A stretch of 64,000 nucleotides of DNA from Rotaria socialis (Eukaryota), in NCBI GenBank assembly GCA_905331295.1, contig CAJNYD010000034.1, forward strand, positions 186,001-250,000, given 5' to 3'. The position numbers and the translations under genes are program-made. Below the pieces are notes generated by a model that was not told the DNA's origin, searched no databases, and saw nothing but the letters and a program-made list of their open reading frames with translations. Positions 13,001 through 24,466 of this stretch are shown piece by piece; positions within the stretch are counted from its first letter, which is position 1; each line of letters begins with the position of its first letter.

Positions 13001-15205
13001 AATATCGCGACCATCTAGTAATACCTAAAAGTAAAAGCTATTAGAAGAGTATCTAGAAAATTAATATTTGAAAGACGACAAAGCTACGTTTTAAATCGAA
13101 TTGAACAGACAAGTATTTTAAATCTTCAGAGAAACTATCGATAGTATTATGAGTATGGATCGAGTTTCGATGCAAAATTTTTGTAATCGACAAGCTCTAT
13201 TGCTGTTACTCTTCACCTGAAAAGTGTTATTCAATGGAATTTATGATAGCATGTCTTACGTTCTGAGATACAGAAAAACGATCGATGGTTACAATGCTTT
13301 ATCTCTACATTAATTCTGATTTTTCTTACTTGGCCATCATCAGGATCATACATTCGAATTATCAAAGAAAATATTGTACTTTCTACAAAATGTATGTACA
13401 GAAATATTAGAGAAAATAAAATATCACTATTATAAGAAATTTTACTTCCACAACCAGATTGTCCAACTAAGGCGACTGTTTTACCACTTGGAATTGTAAG
13501 ATTAACTGTTTGAAGGATCTATAATAGTATTTATTTATTTTAATATTCATAAAAATAATTGAATATAACGAACTGGTTGTTCTGGGCGAGCTGGATATGT
13601 AAACTGAACGTTTTCGAGTTTTATTTCTCCTGTAAACGACACTGGTTTTTCACCTTCATCTACTAATGATGCATCGATTTTTGATTTCTAATTCAAATAA
13701 TCATAGAAGAATTATTATTTTTGATCTATCTTAACATACTCTTGATATTGTCTCAAAAATGAATGAACCAGAAGCTGCAGCATCAGCAAATTTTTCCAAA
13801 CTAGGAACTATTTGATTAAGACACCATGTTGTATTTAAACAAGCAATAATTATCTAAAATCGGTAAGAATCATGTCGTTCGTCATATCGTTTTCATAAAA
13901 ATCTACTTACAGTAACAAGTATACCAGCGGAATAAGCAAGACATTCAGTTTGAATTAAATATTGTCCATACCAAAGTGCAGCCGTAAATACAATACCAAT
14001 GGCAATATTTGAAAATATTTGGCATAAACCTTGAACTATACCTTTTTTAATTCCAATCAACGGTACTTTTAATAAACTATTTGCGTATCTAGCAAACAAA
14101 AAATAAACACAATCGAAGACATAAGCCTAGTCTTTTCAGTAAACCTTTCATATTCTTTTTTCTGTACATTGAAAGCCGTTACAGTACGTATTGCAATCAA
14201 TACTTCTTGTGCGATACTATTTGCTTTAGCATATGCATGTATTTGTTCTTTTGTATATTTAATAGTAAATTTAATTGTTAAATTGAAAGCTATAATAACG
14301 AGTGGAGCAACAGCCAAAATAACTAAAGTTAATTTCCATCCTTTGACAAGTGCAAAAATAAGACAACCGATCATACGAGCCAATAATGATAGAAAATCGG
14401 CCATTTTATCACCAATGCCGTCTTTTATTTTCAATAAATCATCTGTCAACATATTACTTAATTTACCTTTGCCACCAAGTGTATCGAAAAAGGACATCTC
14501 TTGATAGAGAATATTACGAAATAAACGAAATCTAAATATTTTCAATTTATTATTCTTGCACTGACAATCAGATAAACAAACCTTATTCGACGTATTTGTC
14601 TTTCAGCTGATATCATATAGGCCGAAAAGGCAATCGTAGAAAATAGAATACTCAAAAAACCCAATAGAACGTACCAACTAGCCACATTTTTTATAGCTCG
14701 AATAGGACTTGTTGTATTATTAGGAACATCAAATCTTAAAAAATTGAAAAAGACTCTTTTTGTAAGAAAAGAAAAAGCATTTTTTTTGTTTAAAACTTTA
14801 CCCTCCATTTTCACACGATAGTTGAGAACGATTTTGAAAATTCATTTGTGCAATATAATTCAATTTGCCATAGTTCACAAGAGCATCAATCACTTGTTGA
14901 TAAACGAATAATAATAATGGTAGACATGCACCGCTAGCAAATGAACCTATTGTGCCAATAATCAATAGAAATATATCTAAGCCATCTGCATATTTATACT
15001 AGAACAAAAGACAATGGAAATTATAGGTAAAACTATTGTTTTTTTCACACACTATTTCTACAGTTCGAAGTTTTTTAATTAATGTTGAATTATCTTCATG
15101 TAACTTGGGATTATTATTGTCTGTCGATATTTTCAAATCACTCAGTTGTACAAATTTCGTTAAAACTGGTTCTTGAGGTTTTGCATGGATTTTAATAGTA
15201 TTCAT
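10003..15205 (-). CDS. ABCB1: Full-length ABCB / P-glycoprotein (MDR) transporter, multi-exon
   Basis: TMD-NBD-TMD-NBD layout: two GWKLTLV motifs, Walker A GQSGCGKS and GSSGCGKS, two [14 protein letters not shown] signatures, [17 protein letters not shown]. Stop TGA at 10003-10005; start codon tentative. The symbol denotes the family, not strict orthology. Confidence 0.93.
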
Positions 15206-15665
15206 TATTCGTATAAAAGGAATCCACTGAAATCTTAGAACATCCAGAACCTTTATACAACTATATATATATAAAATTTATTCATATTGCGTTCTGTTAT
15301 TTATTTAGTAAGGAAGCATTGAAAATAGCGGCTAATGTATTATATGATGAAAACATGCCGATTGGCAGATTTCGTCATTGAAAGGTTTTTCTTATTTGAT
15401 TTTAGTCATTGCGTCAAGAAAAAAACAGCTCTGTTAACTGTGTACAATTGTTGTTTTTTGATTGTTAATAATATTTGACTCACTTCCTTGCTGCGACGTA
15501 TGCACATTTTTTAGTTACTTTATGAAACCATAAAATAATTGTATTTCGACCTGTCCATTCGTGACGGAATCACGTTTTTTAAGATTGTGCCTTTAATGTG
15601 TCAACTGATGTAAGTCGAATAAAGCTGATATTGTTAGAAAGAAACAGTAGAAGTTATGATCTATG

Positions 15666-15916
15666 CCCAGGTCGTGGACGTACGGCGGGAAACGGCCGGA
15701 AAGCACAGGAAAGCGCTGGAAAGTGGAAGCAGTATTCCAGTTGGACGTTACCGNAAAACACAGGAAACTGACCGGAATCTACAGGAAAAAAATCCGGTAA
15801 CTTCCAACTGGAATACTGCTTCCAGTTTCCAGTGCTTTCCGGCCAGATACGGTGATTTTTCCGCATCTTTCCGGCCGGTTCCTACAGTATCCGTCCTCCG
15901 GAATCATTGACCTGGG
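15666..15916. mobile_element. Non-autonomous CCCAGG-terminus element (CMC/EnSpm-like) nested in the Sola element
   Basis: CCCAGGTC...GACCTGGG termini, 2-bp TSD TG, internal ggaa/ttcc-rich subterminal repeats. Confidence 0.8.
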
Positions 15917-16379
15917 TGCATAAGAAAAGTTTCATTAAATTTCATACTATTCGGAATATTTTTGTAATTGAAATATAGCATCGTTACAGAATCACCACAA
16001 ATGGACCTTGAGCTTGAGTGTTAAGTAAAGAAACAAAATTTTTAACTCAGCTATAGGTGGTATCAACAATCTTTCTATGTGAAAGTTATAGCTTAGATGA
16101 CGAGCTATATATAGAAAAAAAGTAATTCAAAATATATCATAGCTAATTCTTATAAACAGAAAAAAACGTTGTGACGGAATCACGCTTTGAAAATTTTGAT
16201 GATTTGATTAAAATTTATTTATTCAAAAGTTAGAGATAATCCATCAAGATAAGCACGTAACGTAAATATCATGTGCAATACGATAATCAATAAAACTACT
16301 TCAAACAATACTAATAATGTAAAAATGACTACATTTTTGCTGACAACATAATCTATAAAAAATGTCAAAATCTAAATAC

Positions 16380-17096
16380 ACACTTTTCGTTTCTTGTTGC
16401 ATATAAAGCATATTCAACTACATTCAGATGTAGTTGATTAATATGATGTTGTTGTCGAACATCAGGTATCCCAGAAACTATTTAAAAAGTATTTTCGAGT
16501 GTTACACGTGTTGTATCAAATTGTGCTTGTTGTACAAGATTAACAATAATTGTTCTTGTTTTACGACGACAAATGTCAACAAATTCTTTAGCAGATGAGC
16601 AAATTACACCAGTCATGATTTCCATCCAAACAAGTCGTTCTAAGGTACCACCTATGGAATCAACAATTCCTTTTCCATGTGATGATGTAAAATAGTTCCT
16701 ACTAAAATTAATGTCGAACTTGTCCATCATGGTTGTTAAATGCTGAATAACATAACGATTCTTAAATTGACGGGCAGCACCATCTGAGAAGAAAATAATT
16801 TCATTAACGTCTGACATAATGTTGATAATTTCTTCAACAAGATTTTCCAAGCAGGTAATAACACAATATTTATCATGTTTAGCCGAGTCAGCTACAAAAC
16901 CGAACGAATAACCTTCTCCACCACTGTTGCTCATCCAAGCATAAGCTGTAAATATGGAAACTTGCTGATTTGACCAATGTGCCGATTGTATTTGGTCTTG
17001 ATTTACTAACGTAAAATTTTCGGAATAATCAACCTGGCAGATTACTGTTCCAACTTTCAGACCAATCGTTGATGTTTCTAAATCACAACTGCGCAC
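16380..17096 (-). pseudogene. Truncated Sola-like transposase
   Basis: VDYSENF...IQSAHW, FFSDGAARQFKNRY and FTSSHGKGIVDSIGG motifs; no intact 5' part; TAA at 16482 with coding-like sequence continuing beyond it. Confidence 0.75.
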
Positions 17097-17151
17097 TCAT
17101 GCATTCATATAGAGTGAAAATTATGAGGAAAAAAAACGTTCTCTTATGTTG

Positions 17152-17717
17152 TAGTGGCGTAACCAGGGGGGGGGNAGGTCGTAGCCATCTTTTATATAAA
17201 AAAAAGAATTAAGACACTAATGAAACGAAAGTTTTGAGATACTCTTCCGATGAAAGTTAATTAAAGAAGTCGTTAAATATCATTATCAGATACAACAAAG
17301 TGTTGTTTCATCCACATGTCAATGTGAAATGATATTTAAAACAAATGTTTTGTTCGCTCTGCTCTTATTACAGTTACGATAGACAATTTGAAAAAAAGCA
17401 ATCATTGGTATTTTTTGACCGTCGGTAGGGATGCACCAAAACCATTTTTCTGTGCATAAAGATGATGTGTTTTCTTTATGCACAGAAAAATGGTTTTGGC
17501 GCATCCCTAACCGTCGGCATAACACGACACTGGAAGGAGCCGACGGCATACTATCACTATACCGCCGATTTCATTGACTATCGTGGTATACTGGTGACAG
17601 TTCAAGAAAATGTGTCAGATCAAACGAATCTTCACGAATAAATTGATCAGTACCTGAAAGTGGACAGACAGTCTGGGGCTGAGCCCCACCACCCATAAAT
17701 TTCTGGTTACGCCGCTA
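17152..17717. mobile_element. Non-autonomous hAT element nested in the Sola element
   Basis: TIR TAGTGGCGTAACCAG / CTGGTTACGCCGCTA; exact 8-bp TSD TTATGTTG at 17144-17151 and 17718-17725. Confidence 0.88.
17419..17517. repeat. Near-perfect hairpin (~44-bp arms, ~11-nt loop) inside the hAT element
   Basis: ccgtcggtagggatgcaccaaaaccatttttctgtgcataaaga pairs with tctttatgcacagaaaaatggttttggcgcatccctaaccgtcgg. Confidence 0.85.
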
Positions 17718-19856
17718 TTATGTTGGTCAAAAATATATACCAACCGATGGTGATTCCGCCACACTCGCTTTATTACACTCAAATGTTTATAGGTCAATGT
17801 GGTTGGTGCATTGGATAGAGCATAAAAAATTAGCGTTAGACTGCTAATCAAACAAATCTGAAATATGATACTCAGAGCTAGAAATGAATTAAAAGCTATT
17901 TTCGTGACGGAATCACCTCACCAATGGTACTAATTTACATATACCCAAAAGTTTTCCAAGAAAACAGTGAATGCTATTTCTTTTGATATGGACATACAGC
18001 TCATTCAAAACATTTTTTTGTGATATAGTTGACTTAAGAAAAATCGTATTTCGTTATGCAAAAAAACAGACTACAAAAACAGCAACATATATATGGTCTT
18101 CATTGAGTGCGTGAGGTATCTCTTTTGCAACGCTTGTTTTTCGGACATATGCATATCTGGATAGATAAAAAATACTATTTCCTACGTTTTGGACAATGCT
18201 CTACAAGATGGTTATATTTGATTTGTTTAGTTGTGTAATTCGAATTCGCCCAGAAAGGTGGACTGTTACGTGGACAGGTCGATTTGTCATTTATTTATTC
18301 ATGTTCTATTCTAAAAATGTCTTAGGTCTATTAGATTTAAAGAGATTAAAAGAGTTTCTGTCGGACGAATGACATAAAACACCAGTTTTGAACTAATTCC
18401 ATTAAAAATTGATTCTTAGAAAACAATCTGTGAATTTTATGCTTTTAGTAAAAATCTAAAATTTAAATTAGATCACATTTCGCTTGCATAATTTTAGTCG
18501 TGTGTCATTCGAGTGCATTTTTACAACGCATTGAAAAGAAATCTTCCGGCTTTTTATATCTTTGAAAAACTACTTCCGTAGACATAGCAGGTAAACAAAC
18601 TTGTACACATTTGTATTTGCCACAGAGGAAGAGGGACAGAAATTTTTCTAAAATAGAAAAATGTTTAGTACTATCACGTTTTGTACTAAATAAAAGCTCT
18701 CATTATTGTTTCACTTTGCTCTAAAATTTGAGAAGTACAATTGGTTTTTCAAGAGCTGATTCATATAGCTAAAAAAAGACATACTCTTTAGTAGACATAT
18801 GGGAATTTATTTTATCAAATTTTTGTCTGATTTTAAAACGATCTGTCGATATCTATTGCAATACACAAAACGAACACTCGCCATAAACAATGATATTCAT
18901 TAAAGTTACGTTGTGTTTGATGACTATGCAATTGTGGACAAGTTTTATACAGACTACTCATTTTTCAAAGAACAATTATCATTGGAAAATAATTTTTATT
19001 TTTCTCTTATGATAAAATATGATCTTTTCATGGAAAAAAAACCAGAAGACATTTAGTTTTATAATATGTCAAGGGCTATAGATGTTTGCTAATGTAATCG
19101 GGATGCAACATCTTTGAATAACTCAACTTCTCAGCAAGTCAAATACTTTTTTTCCAGAAATTACCATTGTTCTTCATCAGTTTTGCTGAAAATAATGGAA
19201 AATACATTTTGTTTGAAAAACTATGCCTATTTTACTATGCACTCTCTATAACAGAAACAAACGAATTGATTTAGAAGTTGGCACGGTGGTTTAATCGATT
19301 TTGACAGCTTTCCAACAACAATGGAATCGCATGTTATTTTTATTTCCTTATTGATTTATGAGAGACTTGGATTCATCTCGAATTATATGTGATCATCATG
19401 ATCAATACGTTGTTAAATGTCAATAACAATGAGCATAATAAAAGTTCTCAAAATATTTTTTAGATGAATCTCATGAATTTTCATTCTTTACAAGGTGCAG
19501 CTGTGTGTGCCTGTATAGATACGAGCATCCAGTAGTATTATTATCATGAATTAATTTTAATAATAGAGTAAATAAATAAACCCACTTTCCTACAAATCTC
19601 GGTGGCCCTTCTCAAAATGTATGAATAGTTTCAAAAGAAAATTATTCTTCTGTCAATATAATTTTGTGATTAGTTTATTTTCTATTATATAAAAGCGTTA
19701 ACAATGCAACAACTATCAAATATCATGAAATTTTATGCTTGTTGAAAAACTACTTGCTCAGCTGGTAACACTTAAAAGAAACACTATAGACAACAAAAAA
19801 TATATATAGAACAAATTAGTTATATCGTAATTTTTCATCGAGAAAACAATAGCATT

Positions 19857-20306
19857 TTAGGTACTGTCAGCATAATTATTATATTTTCTGTCTCTATTTT
19901 TTGTTCTTTCTCTTTGTTTCCTTCTTTCATATCCTGTTCTTTCTAAATCTCGATGATTAACGTTCACATTATAAGTATTCCCTAGCAAATCACCAAGTCT
20001 CTCAACGAGAGCTACTGACCGATGTCGTCCTTGTTCACATCCAACAGCTATTGTTATAGAGTTTTTGTTATGTTCATTAATGAAATTCTTCAATTGTTCA
20101 ATAATCGTTTCAAGAAAACCTTCGTATTCTGCTAAATGTAATAATTCATTTTGTATCCGTTGATGTCGTCCATCATATTGCTGGTAGTTCTCCACGTTAG
20201 TAACTGGTAGATGACGTATTGAAAATAATAAATCAACATCTATTGGAACACCAAACGAATGGCCAAAAGAGAATAATTTTATATTGATATCTTCAACTTG
20301 TGCCAT
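19857..20306 (-). CDS. Stand-alone RapZ/YvcJ C-terminal-domain protein (~149 aa), intronless
   Basis: From ATG 20306 (MAQVED): LFSFGHSFGVPIDVDLLFSIRHLP, YDGRHQRIQ, ITIAVGCEQGRHRSVALVERL, VNVNHRDL. These match RapZ CTD motifs SFGFKxGxPxDAD..D.R.LPNP and GCTGGxHRSV. Basic C-terminal tail. Confidence 0.85.
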   Translation of the reverse strand: MAQVEDINIKLFSFGHSFGVPIDVDLLFSIRHLPVTNVENYQQYDGRHQRIQNELLHLAEYEGFLETIIEQLKNFINEHNKNSITIAVGCEQGRHRSVALVERLGDLLGNTYNVNVNHRDLERTGYERRKQRERTKNRDRKYNNYADST

Positions 20307-20993
20307 TGCAATCAAAAATTGAAAGAAACTAACCAATACTTCAATACAAGTTATTTTTGAAAAATTTATTAAAAAGATGAAATAAGTAAATGTTAGAAAA
20401 CATTGCTTTTTTCTTATGCAAAACGACACAAGAAAAACAAAAATTGTGTAATAATGATGAGTCACTGTCATCGATCGCATAGTTATCGTTGAAGATTTCG
20501 TTGATATATTATTCATGTATTTATTTTTAAAATGCATCCATTAAATAGTTTGATAGCGAGTCTTGAAATCCATGATTTATTTTTGTAAAAATAGTTTCAT
20601 GAGTAGATTAACAAAGAAAACATTACACTTCACTAAATATTCATGTTTTTAGGAGTGTTGCTCGTTATTCAAAGATGATTTTTAGTTCAATGTTGATTAG
20701 CTATTTTTAACTATGAACTTGAAAATCTTTTCTATATTAATGAAGAGAAGTCGTAGAGTAAATTGAATAATGAAAGCTTGTCTAAAATAGCTATTTAATC
20801 ATCGCTTTGCATGTTTGAACAACTCTTTTTTTTGTAGTAGACGAGAACACTCCAAATAAATAATCAAACGGTCTGTCGACGATCTTATGATGCATCATGT
20901 GTGATTCTATGGAGACTTATTCTAGGGATAGAAGTCTCAAACAGATATTAATTAGTTGAAGTGTTTTTCTTCGCATAACTTCATTTTACATTA

Positions 20994-21751
20994 TATCCGC
21001 CTGGCAAAACAAAATAATGTCACACGATATTCTTGATATATCATCTTCATACATTAACATTTTGAGAAATGTAATTATATATTCGGATAGCCCATGAAAT
21101 TCTCTATAACTCAATATATGTACATTTTGAATTGCACTCATTCGCTAAAGATAAATTCAAGTGCAGTAAAGGCATCGTCAGATCCCCCGAAAATTCATTT
21201 TCTGTTCTTTTAAATGTAGAACAAGTTATTACAAAAGCAAGTATATATTCTGAAAGTGCGTGAAATTCTTTATCATTCTGCACCTCTGCCAGTCTGTACT
21301 AGCAATCGGTCGATGACAAATTTTCCGAGCATTGTTATTGTATCCTAGTTCACATGAATTCATGCAGCAACCTATGAACGATTATCTGCTAAAAACGTAA
21401 GAGGTATGAATAACGAATCACTCATCAAACCTGATCTAACTGCTGCTGGGAGTGTTTGGTCTTAGATAAACAACTTTCCGCAGGGATATCGCTTGAACTC
21501 TCAACAACGTCAGACCTAGGAACGTGATGCGTGAGTACATTAAATGAATTTTCAGGGGATCTGACGATAAGGGGGCCTTTACTGCACTTGAATTTATCTT
21601 TAGCGAAGGAATGCAATTCAAAATGTACATATATTGAGTTACAGAGAATTTCATGGGCTATCCGAATATATAATTACATTTCTCAAAATGTTAATGTATG
21701 AAGATGATATATCAAGAATATCGTGTGACATTATTTTTTTCCAAGCGGATA
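20994..21751. mobile_element. Non-autonomous element with ~205-bp TIRs (Tc1/mariner-like, TA-flanked)
   Basis: 20994-~21200 is nearly the exact reverse complement of ~21542-21751; TA on both flanks; no intact transposase between the arms. Confidence 0.85.
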
Positions 21752-22513
21752 TATTATCATAACAGAATTATCAGGATTTGAAAAAAATGATTTCCAAAAA
21801 AAGGGGTAAGATAGGAGAGGATTTAATTTAACTAATTTTAAAAAATTATTTTTATTTAAGATAAATCGAAATGTCTGCTTGTTGTAGTATCTTGAATGTA
21901 ATACAGAATAGAAGTTCGATTATTGATTGAAATCATTTATAACATTTTGCCTTAGCTTTGAATTGTCTTACCTGTATTTCTATCATAGAAGTAAAGTCAT
22001 AGAAACCATACTATATAATCTTTCCTTTTTTCATTTTATTTGTTCTATAGTGTGTATGTACGTATTCCCAAATGCATGAAAATGTTCAAATAGAAAACCA
22101 AGTGATACATTTGTCACATAACCACAAATGATGATGATGGCAAAAAACGAGTTAGTTACTGATTAATGACTGTTTTTATGAGTTCTGATAGACTCGATGT
22201 TTTCTTTTTCTTCTACTTGTGCATATATATATATATATATTATATCATGTCTTAACTGAGAAACATGGTTTTGAGTAATTACAAATAGTAAACAAGGATA
22301 CGAGGAAAAAAGAAAGAAAATATATATATTCATAGATAACAGATCTCATGGTTTTTTCACATTCATGTACTTATTTTCCAATAGGTGACATCCGAAAATA
22401 AAGTCTTGTCTTGTGATAGATTAACTAGCGTCTAGAACAAAATACATCTATCTGGTGAATAGAAGCAACAAAAAGACATGTTTTCTTGACACAACAAGGA
22501 CCATATTTTTGCA

Positions 22514-23841
22514 ATGAGGTCAGTAATAATTCTATACTATTCTGTCAGTTACTTTATATACACGTATAGGTTAATCTTGTCAAATAAACCAAACGTTAAT
22601 TATATTCATTTCAATTTAACACTCGCCCGACAGTAAATGTCTATAAATCATCCATATTTCTTTCTTGTTATATAGAATGACTGTTTTCTTTTTAGTGCTG
22701 AAACATATGCGAATGCAGAAGGTATTATTCAAGGTATACTTGATACAGAATTATCTAATATTGGCTATCACCAATCTAGAGCGCTTGGCTTACATTTACA
22801 ATATCACCGTTTTACACATATTTATTCGAGCGATCTTAAACGTGCTGCAGAAGTATGTTCTTATCTATCTTGCTTTAAACAAAAAAAAACACTACTGAGT
22901 AAGTTATATATATATATATAATTATTTTAGACAGCTCATCTGATTCATCTACTAAATCGTGTATCATCATGCGAAATCAAATTCGATAGTTTACTACGTG
23001 AACGAGTAAATGTTGATTTTATTTTATTTTTTTGCACTTAAATTGCTGATTTTATTATATGGTGCACTTTTGAGTTAACTAGATATTTGGTATTGCTCAA
23101 GGACGTACACGTCAATGGTTACGCGAGTTAGCGAAAGAAAATGGCGTTCCCTATATTAATTTCACACCGTCGGGTGCTGAAACAACTGCGCAAGTTCGGA
23201 AACGTGCAATAAATTTTTTTGAAAACTTGTGTAAAGAAATTTGTCTTAAATATGGTACATCTACTTTACTGACAAAACAGGATACTTCCCAACACCTGGC
23301 ACGTTATGTCTCAGCAGAAAATCTATTTCTTAATCAAGAACTTTTAAAAATTTCACATAGAATATGTTCGATATCAACAGAAAATATTCATTATCAATTA
23401 ATCAGTCCTATTATTTTAACAAGATCATGTGGATCATCGATAGATTCAACGTTGGATCTTTCATCGCCATCATCATCTATTTTATCATATAATAGTAGTA
23501 TTGAAAAACGACGCATTTTCAGCAAAAACCTGACGGATTTTCCAGATAAAAATGATTGTTTAGATCTTGACATACTTGTTGTTAGTCATGGAGCGGTTAT
23601 ACGTGAATTAATTAAATATTTTGCATGCGATCTAAAAACAGACATCGGACAACATTTAGAGACTATACAGGAACTAGCTCCAAATACATCCATAACGCGT
23701 TTTCAAGTATCATATTCAACAAATGAACAGCAAATACCAACAGCAACACTTCAGCTTATTGATTATCATAATAAAACTCATTTAATTAATGCAACCAATG
23801 ACGAATATAATTTGGACACAACTAATATATGTAGCTTTTAG
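22514..23841 (+). CDS. TIGAR: Histidine phosphatase, TIGAR-like fructose-2,6-bisphosphatase; multi-exon
   Basis: Spliced: LARH|AETYANAEGIIQGILDTELSNIG, IYSSDLKRAAET, LLRERIFG, FTPSGAET, ILVVSHGAVIREL, APNTSITRF. Start codon tentative. Confidence 0.82.
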
Positions 23842-24424
23842 TTATACAAATGCTTGTTTTGTTTTCGAACTTTGAATATTTGTTTCTATGTACGTATGCC
23901 AGATCAATGTTGTATATTTTTAAAAGCTATCAATTTATTTTTCGTTGAAAATATTTGCAAAATATGTATTTTAATTTATGAAAATGAATTTTATTTGTAT
24001 TGAAAATAAAACAAATATGTACATAGATGTACATGCTAGAAGTAGGACAGGAATCCTAGTAGTGCGGTCGAGAAAATACCCTTAATTTATCGCTAGTCAA
24101 GTCAATAGATGATTTCGATGTCAAGGTATATTTTGCACATTTTTTATCCTCTGTAAATCTTTTTCTTTTTTATCATGTTCGACATATTTTTCATAAATGC
24201 TACATTGTCATTCGTGTCTTTTTTTTCCATAGATCTATTACATTATATCGCCTATTGATCTATCTATCTATCTATCGTTATATTGTATTTCTGTGGAGAA
24301 CTAACAAAACAGCGTTCAGTAAGATTCAAGCATAAAAAATCGCTCAAATATCAACGTCATGAATTGAAGGAAATCAGATTAGTTTAATTTATTCCATGTG
24401 CTTCGTTGATTTTTGTATACGGTT

Positions 24425-24428
<4 letters not shown>

Positions 24429-24463
<35 letters not shown>
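24429..24463. repeat. (TA)n microsatellite
   Basis: Perfect dinucleotide run. Confidence 0.95.

Positions 24464-24466
<3 letters not shown>

Larger units (their letters stand above)
15547..18281 (-). mobile_element. Sola-type DNA transposon (defective) carrying nested elements
   Basis: TIR CGACCTGTCCA (15547) / TGGACAGGTCG (ends 18281), flanked by 4-bp TSD ATTT. Internal motif gtgacggaatcac recurs near 15561, 16171 and 17904. Contains a DDD-type transposase remnant. Confidence 0.8.

Noticed and set aside
18700..19450. Possible decayed coding sequence
   Set aside because: Short open stretches only; no recognisable motif.
20307..20537. N-terminal extension of the RapZ-like ORF in the ORF track
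   Set aside because: Low-complexity Phe/Ile-rich translation of T-rich upstream DNA; recognisable homology begins after Met 20306.
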